Assembly: GCA_009602725.1 (NCBI GenBank)
Contig: WELB01000010.1
Location: forward strand, 574,535-638,534
From: Spirogloea muscicola
Lineage: Eukaryota
Length of the DNA: 64,000 nt
Direction: 5' to 3'
Part shown: positions 49,905-61,700 of the stretch, one piece after another
How positions within the stretch are numbered: position 1 is the first letter of the stretch
Layout: each line of letters starts with the position of its first letter
Notes under the pieces: generated by a model
The model's input: only the letters and a program-made list of their open reading frames with translations
Told to the model about the DNA's origin: nothing
Database searches by the model: none
Made by a program: the position numbers and the translations under genes

Positions 49905-50110
49905 GGTGCCGTGACGTGGGGGGAGCGCCGATGAAGACGAGGAGGGAGCTTTTCCGAAGGATGACGTGGAGGATGCGCGGAAAATCGAGTAGGGGGGCGG
50001 CCCTCTGGCGGACAGGCACCGGCGGCCGCCGTCGTCCGCCGTCGTCGTCCGGGGGGAGGCGCGTCAGTCCGGCGGACCCCCGCGCCCCCTACTCGCCCGG
50101 CCACGTGGCG
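49905..50110 (+). promoter_or_regulatory. Putative bHLH promoter with ACGT-core / G-box motifs
   Basis: TGACGTGG at ~49912 and ~49962, CCACGTGG at 50101-50108, in GC-rich DNA upstream of ATG 50492. Motif match only. Confidence 0.35.
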
Positions 50111-50491
50111 CCGCCGCAGTGGGGACCCTGCGGATGCGCCACCGCCGCATTGGGCCGCCGCCCGACTCGATCCTGCCCGCCGGCTATGGGGCTACTGGGG
50201 CTAGCGCCCTCATTCCCCCTCCCCCCAGCTATGGCGCCCAAAAGGTAGGGCTCCGTGATCTAGGGCGCGGGCCAGGTCCCCGCCGCCGCCAGCCGCCGCC
50301 GCCGCCGCCGTCGTCGCCGCAGCGGCTCATGCGGCGGACCCCCGNNNNNNNNNNNNNNNNNNNNNNNNNNNNNNNNNNNNNNNNNNNNNNNNNNNNNNNN
50401 NNNNNNNNNNNNNNNNNNNNNNNNGGCGGCGGCGGCGGCAGCGGCGGCGGCGGCGGCGGCGGCGGCGGTAGCGGAGGCGGCGGCGTGGGCC

Positions 50492-52124
50492 ATGAACTCG
50501 CCGGTGAGCGAGGCGCCGTGGAACTGCTACCTGGAGGACGAGCAGCACATTGACAACCTGGTCGGCATCTGGAACGGCCTCGACGGCGCCGCCAGCGGGT
50601 GGGCGCCGCAGCCCGGCCCCCTGCGTGCGCGCCACCTGGCCCCGCATGCCGGCTTGGTCTTCAGAGCTCAAGCTCCTGCGCGCTGGTGCCCGGATGGATG
50701 GTGGCGCAGCGGCGGTGATGCGGTGAAGGCGGAGGATGGCAGCCATGACGAGGAGGTGGAGAAGGAGTCGTCCGTCTCCAAGAAGCGGTGCGGGCCCCTT
50801 TCCACGCCTCCGGGCCCACATCGCGGCAGTGCTCCCACGCCCTCGTGCGGCGATGAGCTTGGCCGTGGGTGCCAGCTTTCAGCAGAGTCGGGACCTGGCA
50901 GCCGTGGCCCTCGTTGGCCTTCATACTGGGCAAAGACAAGCGAGAGCAAGCAGGTGGTGGCTTTGCAGCAGTCTGTGCTGCGTGGGCCACTTGAAACATG
51001 TGCTGAAGCCATGGAGGCTCCCTGAGGCTTGCACGCGGCGTGGGCGGGGCTGCCTGACCATGTCCGCGGCAGGTCACGGGACGAGTGCTGCCGCGAGGGC
51101 GGCTCTGGCAGCAAGGCCAATCGGGAGAAGATGAGGCGGGACCGGCTGAATGACAGGTCAAGACTCTGCCGGCACCCCCTGGGGTAGTCTTGAGTGGACG
51201 CTGCCTGCAGTAACAGTAGAGGCCTGACACAGCATCTGTGACTAACGACAGCCAAGAAAGCTGAGTTTGGGTGCCAAGGGAAGGACTGATATGAGATTGC
51301 CACTTATGAGCCTCAGCCGCAGCTGCTAGGCCACTCCGTTTTGGGAGAGTGCTCCTGCATCAGGGGGCGTATTCATTGATGTACTTTGGAGGACGCTGGA
51401 CCGTGGCACAAGCCAGTGGCATAAGGGCTGAAAGAATGGGTGATTTCCTGGGGGGGCATGCAGGTTCGTTGAGCTGAGTCAGGTCCTCGAGCTGGACCCT
51501 GGGCGGCCTCCCAAGACCGACAAGGCCAGCATTTTGAGTGATGCCGTCAAGGTGGTGGGCCAGTTGAGAACAGAGGCCAAGGAGCTGCGTGCAGGGAATG
51601 CGCAGCTGCAGGACCAGATAAAGGAACTGAAGGTACACAAGTCTTGCTGCTTTTACAAGAGATGGCATGGTAAAGTAGCCTTGAATGTCAGCCAACTAAG
51701 GCCTTGCCACATAGGGGTATGTGTGGGGCATTGCTTTCAGCCTTCCACCCGGATCCCTTTGCAAGAAGGCCAGCCTGGTGGCAGGTGTTCCTGGCTCTTG
51801 TGAAACTCTGACTGGATAGCTTGCTTGCTTCTGCTCTATGTCATCTTTGAAAAACTTCTGCAGGCGGAGAAGATTGACTTGAAGGATGAGAAGGCGAGGC
51901 TCAAGTCAGAGAAGGATCGCCTGGACCAGCAGGTTAAGAGCATGGCAGTGTCGCCGGGCTTCATCCCTCACCCCGCAGCCATGCAGGCGGCTGCCGCTGC
52001 GTATGCTGCACAGGGCAAGGGGGCTCCGTATGCCAGCTACCCAGCTATGCATATGTGGCAGTACCTTCCGCCTGCAGACTTGGATACGTCGCAGGACCAT
52101 GTCCTCCGCCCTCCTGTAGCTTAA
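50492..52124 (+). CDS. bHLH subgroup IVc (ILR3/bHLH105-like) bHLH-ZIP transcription factor
   Basis: SKANREKMRRDRLNDR|FVELSQVLELDPGRPPKTDKASILSDAVKVVGQLRTEA..IKELK|AEKIDLKDEKARLKSEKDRLDQQVK; C-terminus MWQYLPPADLDTSQDHVLRPPVA*. Confidence 0.92.
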
Positions 52125-52536
52125 CCAGCAGGGTTATAGGGTTGTGTAGGGTACTAGCATGTAGGCACATTTTTGACCCCTTCTCAATTCTTGCTAGAAT
52201 TGACATTTTATTGTGTGGCGGGGGGGGGGGGGAGAGGATATATTTCATTTACGGTTCACCTGCCAGTCATGATCTTTCTACTCCAGGACATCTTGTAGTG
52301 ATGTTATTGGTGCAGCTAGCCGGCAATCACCTACCTTGCTTTTGGCGTTTGACAACGTGGAACATCTCATCTGACCTGAAAAAGCTTGTCGCAGGAAGTT
52401 GTGTAGGCACAGTAGGCATACAATAAGCATAATCATGTGGAGGACCTCTAGCTGCAAAGTTGATCACTTCAGTCCTACAATGAAAGGCAGAGGTGGATGT
52501 CATGCATTACTGAGCCTCCAGGCCCACGCCAGCCAG

Positions 52537-55298
52537 TCACCTCGTCACCTTGTAGGCCTGGGTCATTCACAGGCAACACAGTGATTCTTGCATGGCACCA
52601 ATCATGCCTTTCTGAGAGGTATTGCATCTTAACTTCAAGTGACATATAACAGGTACCTCGCGGAACTGGCAACGTGTTGAATCAATGTTGCTATTGCAAC
52701 CATTACCGTGGAGGGTGCATTTGGGAAGTTCTGACTCGCTCACCTTCACTTGCATGAGCAATTTCTTGGCCTCAGGGTCATTCTTGAAGTGGTTGCGCAC
52801 TGGCTGTTGATGATGCCGAGGAAAGTAGGGTGAGGCAGAAGTCAAAAATATATAGAGCGGATGTAAGAGCCATGGATAGAGACGAGGCACCAGATAACGT
52901 GCAAAAGTTCAAAATTCGTGCTGGAAATGCTACTTCTGCCATTCGTGCAACTATTTCTATCAATACAATGAGTAAGACATTTGAACTGCACACGTCTTGT
53001 ATAGTATACGGGCTAGTACTAATCTTACCTGGAGTATCGCGTTAAGACCCTTGGCAAGGGCAATTTTAAGGTCCTGTGGGTGGAGCTCACCGGTCAGGTA
53101 ATCAGAACTGACCTCCTCAAAGTTTGTATACTCCCTGCCAAGAGAAAAGCAAGGTCTTACACACTATTTGGCGAGAGAAAAACTCGGAGTAAGTCATATT
53201 CACTTCTGAGTAACCAATGCATTGCGAGCAGAGTTGCTAAAAGGACAGCAAACTCACTTGTTCCCGCCGTGCAGCTCGCTTCGCTCAATGAGGAGCTTCC
53301 CAAAAGTGGGCAAAATAATGTACTGCACATAAGCAATGCAAGGGTTGCCTTCCAACACCTTCTCTGGGCAGAAGGCTTTCTTGATTTTCACATTGACTTC
53401 AGCCTGCACATTCAACAGCACTGCACATGACTTGATATGTGGATTATCAGATACAGCAGAGCACTGGGGAAATGCCGCATGCTCAGATGTCAGGTTCAAT
53501 CACCAACAGGCAGGGTCTATAGCCTACAGCCAAGGCAGGGCCGCTGGAGCAGATCCGGCAAGTCTGTGGAGCGTATAAGCAAGGGCAGTTGCAGGACTCA
53601 AGACCTCTTCATCCTCCATGAAGATAGCAGAATTTGGGTCACTCTTGGACATCTTTTCCTGCCCTTGCAAAAGACCGGGAAGCATATCTATTGGGTTGTC
53701 AAGAGCTCTCACACCACTGCAGCTGCAGCAACATCCTCGTGTTTGCACACTACATTCAGAGGCATGCAGAAATGGAGATCGCAAAAAGTGATTGTTATAG
53801 CCGTAGTGCAGCATCAATTATTGCGGATACGATGGGAGAGGATGATGGGCTTGTTTTTCCGTTTGATGTCATCGCAGTACTCCCGTGCTAGGACATTGAC
53901 TTTGCGCTGGTCCATGCCCAGCTGGCAAATGTCCGCCTGCACTGCACGGCGTAGGCAGCTCAACGGCCAATGGAAATAGCTTGCAGTGGAAATAACTTGC
54001 AGCGGCAAGTCCAAACGAAATAGAGAGCATGGTGATCTTGACGTGTTCAGACGGAGCGGAGACATCTGGGCCTCCTTGTGGACCACTACAAGCAAGGCCT
54101 GAGGTTGACAGGAATGCATGCACCGGATTTTCGAGCAGGACCTCAGGGTCACCTTGAGGAAGAAGATGTCTGCGCACTGCATGCAAGGATAGAAGATCTG
54201 GGCCGCCGACAGGTCGTCCTGCTCACTCCTCCCCATGATCTGCGAGCATCTGCCACCCAGCCCAGACCAGGCTGTTTTCACTGCCTGCTGTGGCGACCAT
54301 TGAGCGGCTCCTGCACACTCGTTTCCCGAAGCTCGCAACAAAGCTCGCGCTCGGTCATCTGACCTGATGATGCGTGGTAGCTTGTTCCGTGCAGCAATAT
54401 CCATGACCAGCGGCCAGTATTCCCCCGCCTTGGACGTGATCTCCTCGGACGACCACAGAAATTGGACACGCTCCAAGTCCATGCCGGCGGCTTTCCAGAC
54501 CTCGATCATGTAGCGCCCGACGGTCTGGATCTTCTTGAGGTCGCCCCCCATTTTGTTGTTGAGCTTGGCGAACCAATCGGCCACCCAGAACTTGAAGATG
54601 CAGCCAGCCCCCGTCAGCTTGTTGACGTTCAGCGCCTTCATGACGCCCTGCGAGGAGCAGACTGCCATGCAAGGGTCACGACTGTTCGAGTCAAACGTCC
54701 ATTTCGGAAGAGCCACGGCCGTTCTGGATTTGGGGTTCTGGGTTCTGGATTCTGGGTTCTGGCTACGTGAGTCTGTGGCTTGAGGACGAGGCCCTTCCAC
54801 GTGCACGCTAAAACCAGCAGCAATGCCACACATGCGGCCTCCCCACGAGCTCCTCCTCAGCCTCAGCCCGGCAATCGGCAGCACGAGAAGTGCTGGAAGC
54901 AAGCGGCGGCGAGGCAGTGAGCCGGGCGTAGGCAGTGGGGGCGGGTGCAGGCTTCACCTGGGCAATGTGCATGCGCCCGGACGGCTCGAAGCCGTCGTAG
55001 CAGACGGGGTCGGGCTTGCGGAGCAGCAGCTGCCGCAGCTCCTCCTCCTGGATGCACTCCTCGCCCACGCTGCGCACCTGCGCAAACCGCTCCTCCAGCG
55101 ACAGCCTGCGGCAGTCGGCAGCGCGGGCGCCGGCGTTGGCGGCCGGACGACTGCCACTGCAACGGCGCGGCACCGACAGCCCGGCTTCCCCGCGGTGCAC
55201 GGGGTGCTCGCCTGCCAGCCGCCGCCGCCGCCGCCGCNGGCTGCCGGTGGAGCTCCGGGAGAGGCCTGGGCGGGGTCCTCCCGCGTGGCGTCCGCCAT
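52537..55298 (-). CDS. TyrRS: Cytosolic tyrosyl-tRNA synthetase
   Basis: VGEECIQEEEL..CYDGFEPSGRMHIAQ|G; WVADWFAKLNNKMGGDL; QIFYPCMQCADIFFLK|ADICQLGMDQRKVNVLAREY; HHMLPGLLQGQEKMSKSD; C-terminus QVK|AYKVTR* (stop 52537). Confidence 0.96.
54721..54762 (+). repeat. Degenerate heptamer tandem repeat (TTCTGGG-like, about 6 units) in a TyrRS intron
   Basis: gttctggatttggggttctgggttctggattctgggttctgg. Confidence 0.7.
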
Positions 55299-55392
55299 GG
55301 CGGGCGCGGCCCGGGGCGCGGCCCGGGCGCTGGCGGCAGCGAGCCCACGGGCTGACTGTACAAGGCGAGGGGTTAGTGCCTCCGGTGCTGCA

Positions 55393-56940
55393 GGCCGCTG
55401 ATATTGAAAGAGCGGCTGTGAAAGCCAGCCAGATGCATACAGGTGTTCTTGACGGAGCCACAGGCTAGGCAGACAGTCAAGCGGCTGCTGATATTAAAAG
55501 AGCGGCTGTGAAAGCCAGCCAGATGCATACAGCTGTTCATGACGGAGCCACAGGCTAGACAAACAGGGCGCTCTTAGTACCCACGGGTCAGCAGTAGGAA
55601 GTCAGATGAGCCGAGGGGAGGAAGAGCAACCCCGCTGCGCAAGCCAGAGGCCGCCGCAAGGGCGCCTACCGGCGCGGCGGTGCAAAGCAAGCGCTTGGGA
55701 GCGCTGGAGGGACACAGACAATCGCATGCGGTAGCAGGACACAAGATCCAAAGGCACCGAGCCTCCAGGAAGTGCTGCACCCTGTTCCCAGGCCGCCGGC
55801 TACGGCTTGGGCCGTCGCGCAACCCCTCCCTTGCGGCTCTCGCTTTGTGTGCAACATTCACAAGCACTGGCCATTCATCAGCGTGCTGAGCGCGCTCCAA
55901 GTCAGGCCACCGGCTTCCGTGGCGGCACTCCGGCTCCCCAAGTTAGCCTGTCAGATTTGCATGTGCTCACCCGTGGGCACTAAGTCACACTGTTACTTGA
56001 GCCACCTTAGCATGGGGCTTCGTTTTTTCCCCCACATTTAGCGCTTTTGCCTGAACAACGTATTGGCTTGACGTGGCCATCCTTTCGTTTCATGCGCACC
56101 GCGCGCCTTCTCTCCTTGCGTCGTCGTGTGTGGGGCTTGTTGCAGCGTGCTCAGGCTCATGCTTTAAGCCATAAAGCGGGGCGAGCTCTAGTTGTTGGCA
56201 GAAGGGCTTGGTATTTGCCATCTGGTATTCAGGCATCAATAAGGGACCTTTATGTGCCGATCCGTGGGTACTGAGCGGGTCAAATTGCATTGGGTGATGT
56301 AGGTCATCAGGTGTGCTTGACATTTTACTTGGCCACTTTTGGGCTTCCATCCGATAATTTGAAGATATGCAAGCCCGCCCTTGCACCAGCTGGTCGAGCT
56401 TTAGCTGGCGGCACGAGGGCTTCTCCTTTGCCGTCCGGGCATCAGTTAGCGACCTCTACGTGCTGACTGGTGGTTACTGAGAAGGTCAGCTTAGCAGCAG
56501 GTGAGGTACATCTGTAAATGTGCTTGCCTCTGTACTTGGCCACTCAGGCCCTCCATTACTCAGCACACACTCCATCCCTCTCCTATGGTTGTGCTTTGTC
56601 TTTGGACGCTCCTAAGCCTTGGATGTTCGTCAGCGTGCTGGGCGCGCTCAAAGCCGAGGCCGCTGGCTTCCGTGGCGGTACTCCGGCTCCCCGAGTTAGT
56701 CTGTCGGATCTGTATGTGCTCACTAGTGGGTACTGAAGTCCCATTTCAGCCTGCTTTCGCACTGTTACCTTAGCACCCTTCGCATGGGCTTTGCTTTATG
56801 TAGCCCCACTCTTTGCACTAGCTTTTGGAGAGAAGGCGCGTGGTGTGCCTGAAGTGGAAGGGAGGCCAAAGCAACCCAGAACAGTGTCTGTGAGAGAACA
56901 GAAAAAACACTAGTAGGGGCTAAGGCAATAAAGGGAAAAT
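55393..56940. mobile_element. Cluster of retroelement 3' ends upstream of TyrRS (family 3 with duplicated UTR; families 2 and 4)
   Basis: Minus strand CYRMRLSVSLQRSQALALHRRAGR/ALAAASGLRSGVALPPLGSSDFLLLTRGY* (stop 55574), UTR duplicated at ~55395-55468 and ~55482-55558. Plus strand QVSLSDLHVLTRGH* (~55983), RRRVWGLLQRAQAHALSHKAGRAL..ASIRDLYVPIRGY* (56274), SVSDLYVLTGGY* (~56479), RVSLSDLYVLTSGY* (56736). Confidence 0.85.
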
Positions 56941-58717
56941 CACAGCTGAAGCACTCTGCTGCCCTCGAGTTAGCGTAAGGATGTCTGATGCATGTGCGAT
57001 CGCTGGACATCTGTAACGATCGGATATCCGGATGTCCGAAAATTCCAATATGCATATCCTAGGTCATCAACATTCTTGGATAGGTCATGGATACGAGGAC
57101 CTATGCAGCCAAAGATGTTGAGTGCTGCTGATAGGAGGTGATTGCAGCGGGGGCAGTCAGTGCAGTGCTGCATAATCAAAATAGTGCAGTGAAAGCTAGC
57201 CTAGAGCATATCGTAACGGGCAAGAGGTCTATGGCGGGACATGATACCCTCCAAGAATGCAACCTGCGCCTGGTTTTCCAATTTATGGTCGTTGTCCATC
57301 ACATTGTCCACTAACAGCTGTCGCCTGAATGTCAATGAGCTGGGGTCTACTAGAATACAGAGTGACTTCTCACACTGTGCGTATTATTTGTAGATGCTTG
57401 CTCTCGTATGTGGCCGACGTGGCCCTCATGATGCCACTCGCACACTCCACTGCAAGCAAGCAGCCTATAACCCGCAAGCCGGCTCCACGCTTTCACTGCA
57501 GGCAAGCAGCCGAACAAAGCGCAAGCCAATCGCTCGCCGTTGGCAATGGCCGTGACGAGCAACACCATCTGGTTTTGGGCATCAATTACCAATCTCTGTA
57601 TGCTGACCTGTGGTGTCACAGCAAGTCGCCATGACTGATGTATGCTTGTCGATGTGCTTGTCTTTGCCCTCAGGCAGCTCTGGCCCTCTAACACAAAACA
57701 AGCCCTTCTAATTAGAATTCAATTAGTAGCAGCATGCCGCATGTGATGTCCTAGGTCGTTCTGCACTGAATATCTCATGCTGCCACTTCACTATGGGACT
57801 TAGTGGCTACAATAGGATCTTCATATCTGGCACAACTGCTCTAGCTCGACTCCCACTCAATCGCACCGACTGCAGCTCTTTCCCCTTCTCACAGTTAGCT
57901 ACAATCATCAGGCAAAGGCTCTCTACACCTGTTAAAGCTGCTACCAAATCGTTGATTGTAAAGCTGATGTTCTGTTCATTCAGGAGAGCGAATGCATGCA
58001 CTGGGCCACCTGCCCACGAGTTGTGGAGTTCTGTAGAATCTTGTTTCCTTCAAAACCTGGAAGCTTTACATGACGCTGATTTTCACTCAGATGATTTCAC
58101 TTTCTCGACTCGACTTTCAACCTTTGTAAACTGCCACTCGAGCAAACCTGTAGGGAGGAACACTTGAGTGATAAAGATGGGTGTGACCATGACTCTTGGC
58201 AGTCCTATTGCTCTATACAGGTTCTGTGAGACTCTGCTCCCCTCAGCCAGGTGCAAGAGAAGAAGAGAGCTACATTTCACTACTACACGGCCCTGGCTCC
58301 CTGAGATGCAGCACAAGGGAGGGAGGACATTAAAACAGAAAAAACTTTGGTCACAGAAGTTCACTAGCCATGGATGACATCCCTCACTGACAGCCCACAC
58401 GATCCATACCTTCCTGCCTTCACATGCCTCAATAAGATATGAGGGGCTGCTATTGAAAACTCTGTGCTTACTCCATGTCAAAAGATAGAGAGGCATTAGA
58501 ATGGATGCCAGATGGGTAAAATGTGCTAATGAGGGGACAACTTGGAGTAAGAGCAATATAGCTTGTCGGCCATCTGACAGGACCTATGCAGAAGTTGCTG
58601 TTGTCAACAAGCTGAAGCAATGAGCTCAAGTATGCTGAATCAGCAAAGCAGACACTTCGACGCCTACCAAAACTACTTCCATTGATCAATGGACCTAGGG
58701 CACTATGCAATGAGCAT

Positions 58718-61700
58718 CTAGCGATGAAGCTCCACAGACTCCTCACATTGCCTTGTATCTATACCAATGCCCACATGCTGCTTGCTGCCTTGGAATGGCA
58801 GGGAAGCGACTTCCAATGTGGAAGGTGGGTCGCCCTTGGACTGGCTTGACATAGGAGGCTTTTCAAGCTGCACCTCAACTTCAACAATGGCTGCTGGGCT
58901 CTCCACTGTGTGATGTGTACCTTCCTCCTCCCCCTTGTGCGACTGGAGGCCACACAGTCGAGCCAGATCCACCCATTGCTGCAGACCAACAAGAGTCGTG
59001 TCAATTGCATGCTTGTGACGAAGGGACATAGGTGCTGCAGAAAAGATGGAAGCAATCAGACAAGTGGCCAATAGTTGATTGAGTACCAATGGTTGACTAT
59101 CTGCGCTTCACGCAGATAGCCAAGTTGCCATCTATTCAGGATGATTCACAACTTACCCCTGTGCCCCAGTATGAGTTTGCAGTGCGAGCCACAAAGGACA
59201 GGATGCTGCCCAGTAGAGGCTGGGACGCCAATAGGTAATCGGCCCCCCAGTGTTCTACAATGCCAGCAATGGCCTGCACTGGGTGGAAATACATGAGAAA
59301 TAACTAATGCGACTAGCCTGACCTTCTTAGGGTGTCGGATGACTGAATTCAGACATGCCAAATTCTACAGCGACGCTGCCGACTCGAGCTTGAGTCAAGG
59401 TCTCTTGACTCCTCAAGGGACTACTACTCCACAGCTTCTGACATGGCTGCTTCTAGAGCACGTAAAATTCAAGTGCAGTAATTGATGCAATTGCAGGTAT
59501 GACTTTGCTGGTTCTAAGTCATACCTAAGAAGTAAGACAACTCAGATGAGGACAACAGCTTGCAGAAGGGGAAAATCCTAACCTGATAGCGCAAGTTGGC
59601 AGACGTGCCCAGGAAGGATGCATACACCACAGCAGTTTTCACCAGTGGTGATCGTTTGGTCTGTGGCTGTGACTGCAACTCTGGTGTGAGTCTTTGCCTC
59701 ACTTTCGCCAATCCATTGCTGACTCCAAGAGTTCCCATGCTTGACACGAAGCCAACAACAAAGAGCTTCAAGCCACCGATCACCACGGCTCCCACTCGCT
59801 GCTCTAAGCTCCAGTAGTCACCCATGGAACTTCGCTGGAAGGCGTTGTCAGGCAGAGCCCCCAGAAGGCCCTGAAGCCCCTGCAACGCTCCCTTTGCACC
59901 ACGCAATGGAGGTGGATTCAAGGATTGCCGGGAGAAGGAAAGCCTGCAAAGAGTACAAAGGGCATGATCAGCCAATTAATTAGTCATAGAATATTGCCAG
60001 CTACTCCTCTATGTGCAATATCTACAGGAGACTGTAGTAGTAGCTTTGTGGAGTTGTTGGGTTGGTATCCACACCAATCCTGGGCATCTGTAACCACCTG
60101 GGCGCAGGAAGCCAGACTGTGAAGAAGTCAACCACTGCGCCGCGAGTTGTGTCCGTTATAACATATTCCAACTCCTCCCAAAATCGCTCCTTCCTTCGCT
60201 CATACTGAGCAATCAATGTTGTTGTGATGCTAATCGCCTCCTCAATGAACAGGCGCTCCAAGAATCGGGGATCTGCAAGCCATCGCTCCCGTAGCCCCTG
60301 TGCAAAGGATTGCACCAGCCACTAGCTGTCATGATATGAGCAGCATATGGAACGTGGCTGAGACAGATAGCAGATACAAGCCGGTGATGTGGTTCTGTTC
60401 GTGCTGTTTTCCAGCTGCAGCTGCATTATTTGCAGATCATAACATGACTAAATACATCTACCTGAATACATTTACCTGGTTGTGGCTATCAATGGAGTAC
60501 CTGAAATCTCTTAGTAGCCTCAGCAAGAATGGGGTTCCTGTCAAGCTCAAGGAAACTCTTGAGCGTGTCAGGTGACACAAGCCCGCTCTCCAGTCCGAGC
60601 TGGATGTCCTTTGGCAGAGCATCTCGTGAGCGACCAGCGGCCCCCATAACACGTGCCACTTCCGCACGGTCGAAGCAATTATGAGTGCAAGCCTTGGCGC
60701 CGGAGTACCAGAAGAAGTCCGCCTCCGGCACATCTCCCTCAAACCTTGAGTGCTGTCGCTCTGGGTTCAGTAACACTACAGCCTGCGTCGACTTCTTCAA
60801 CCTGCTCTGCACTCGCGCAGGTACACCCCTTCCTCTGGCACCATACTTGACATGAGAGGCACCTACAATAGCACAAAAGGCTGCCTCAGCACTCCTACAA
60901 AGACTGCCTGGCTGGCATGTCTAAAGTTTCTAAAAACGTACATAATCAGACACAACACCTGTGACTGCAAAGCATGCTCCTCTTTTACCTGTGATTACCA
61001 CAAGCACTCCCACTGCTCCACCGTCGACCATTGCTTGGGTCACAGCCTGGGCCATTGTATGGTCCAGAACCATCCGAGCTTGTGCAAATTGATAAGGCCC
61101 TGGACCAAATGGAACGGACGTTTTGGGACTAGGAAGCCCCTCTGCCATGGCTGGAGGCTCCAATCCCGGTATTGTTATTGGGGTGTCAGCATGCAGTGCA
61201 CTTCCACCAAAAGGGAGCGGCGCGTATTTCCTCCTCTCCGCGGCAGTCAATCCCTGGACACCCTTGGCCTGGACCATTCGCAGAATCTGCATATGCCAAG
61301 TACAGCCTTATGAGACTGGGCTTCATGACTATGTCATTGCTCTCAGGTGTCAAGAAGTGCAGAGAGAGTCCAGTCAGTCAAAAAGCCTGTCTCTTCACCT
61401 CTTCTGGAGCGCCACATGCAATGAGGCGTGCACCAGCATCTCTGCAGTACTGCAGGATAGGGAGGACTTCTGACCAACGCCAATCAGACCAGTGAGGAAC
61501 AAGGGCCCGAAGCTCCTGATCTGAGATCCTGTCAAATATACATCTGAGAATCTGTTAGAGCCTGTTGTTTGCGATTGTGCATGACTACCAATTCAAAGCC
61601 TAGGTTACAGATTTCAAGCCTCCTTCCAACCCTCACCTGCCAACTTCACGCTCATGCTGGATTTAGGTTCGACAATGCATGCATGCAAGTAACCACAGAA

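Noticed and set aside
50345..50424. N-run flanked by GCC/GGC repeats upstream of the bHLH gene
   Set aside because: Assembly gap; a uORF or extra exon there cannot be assessed.
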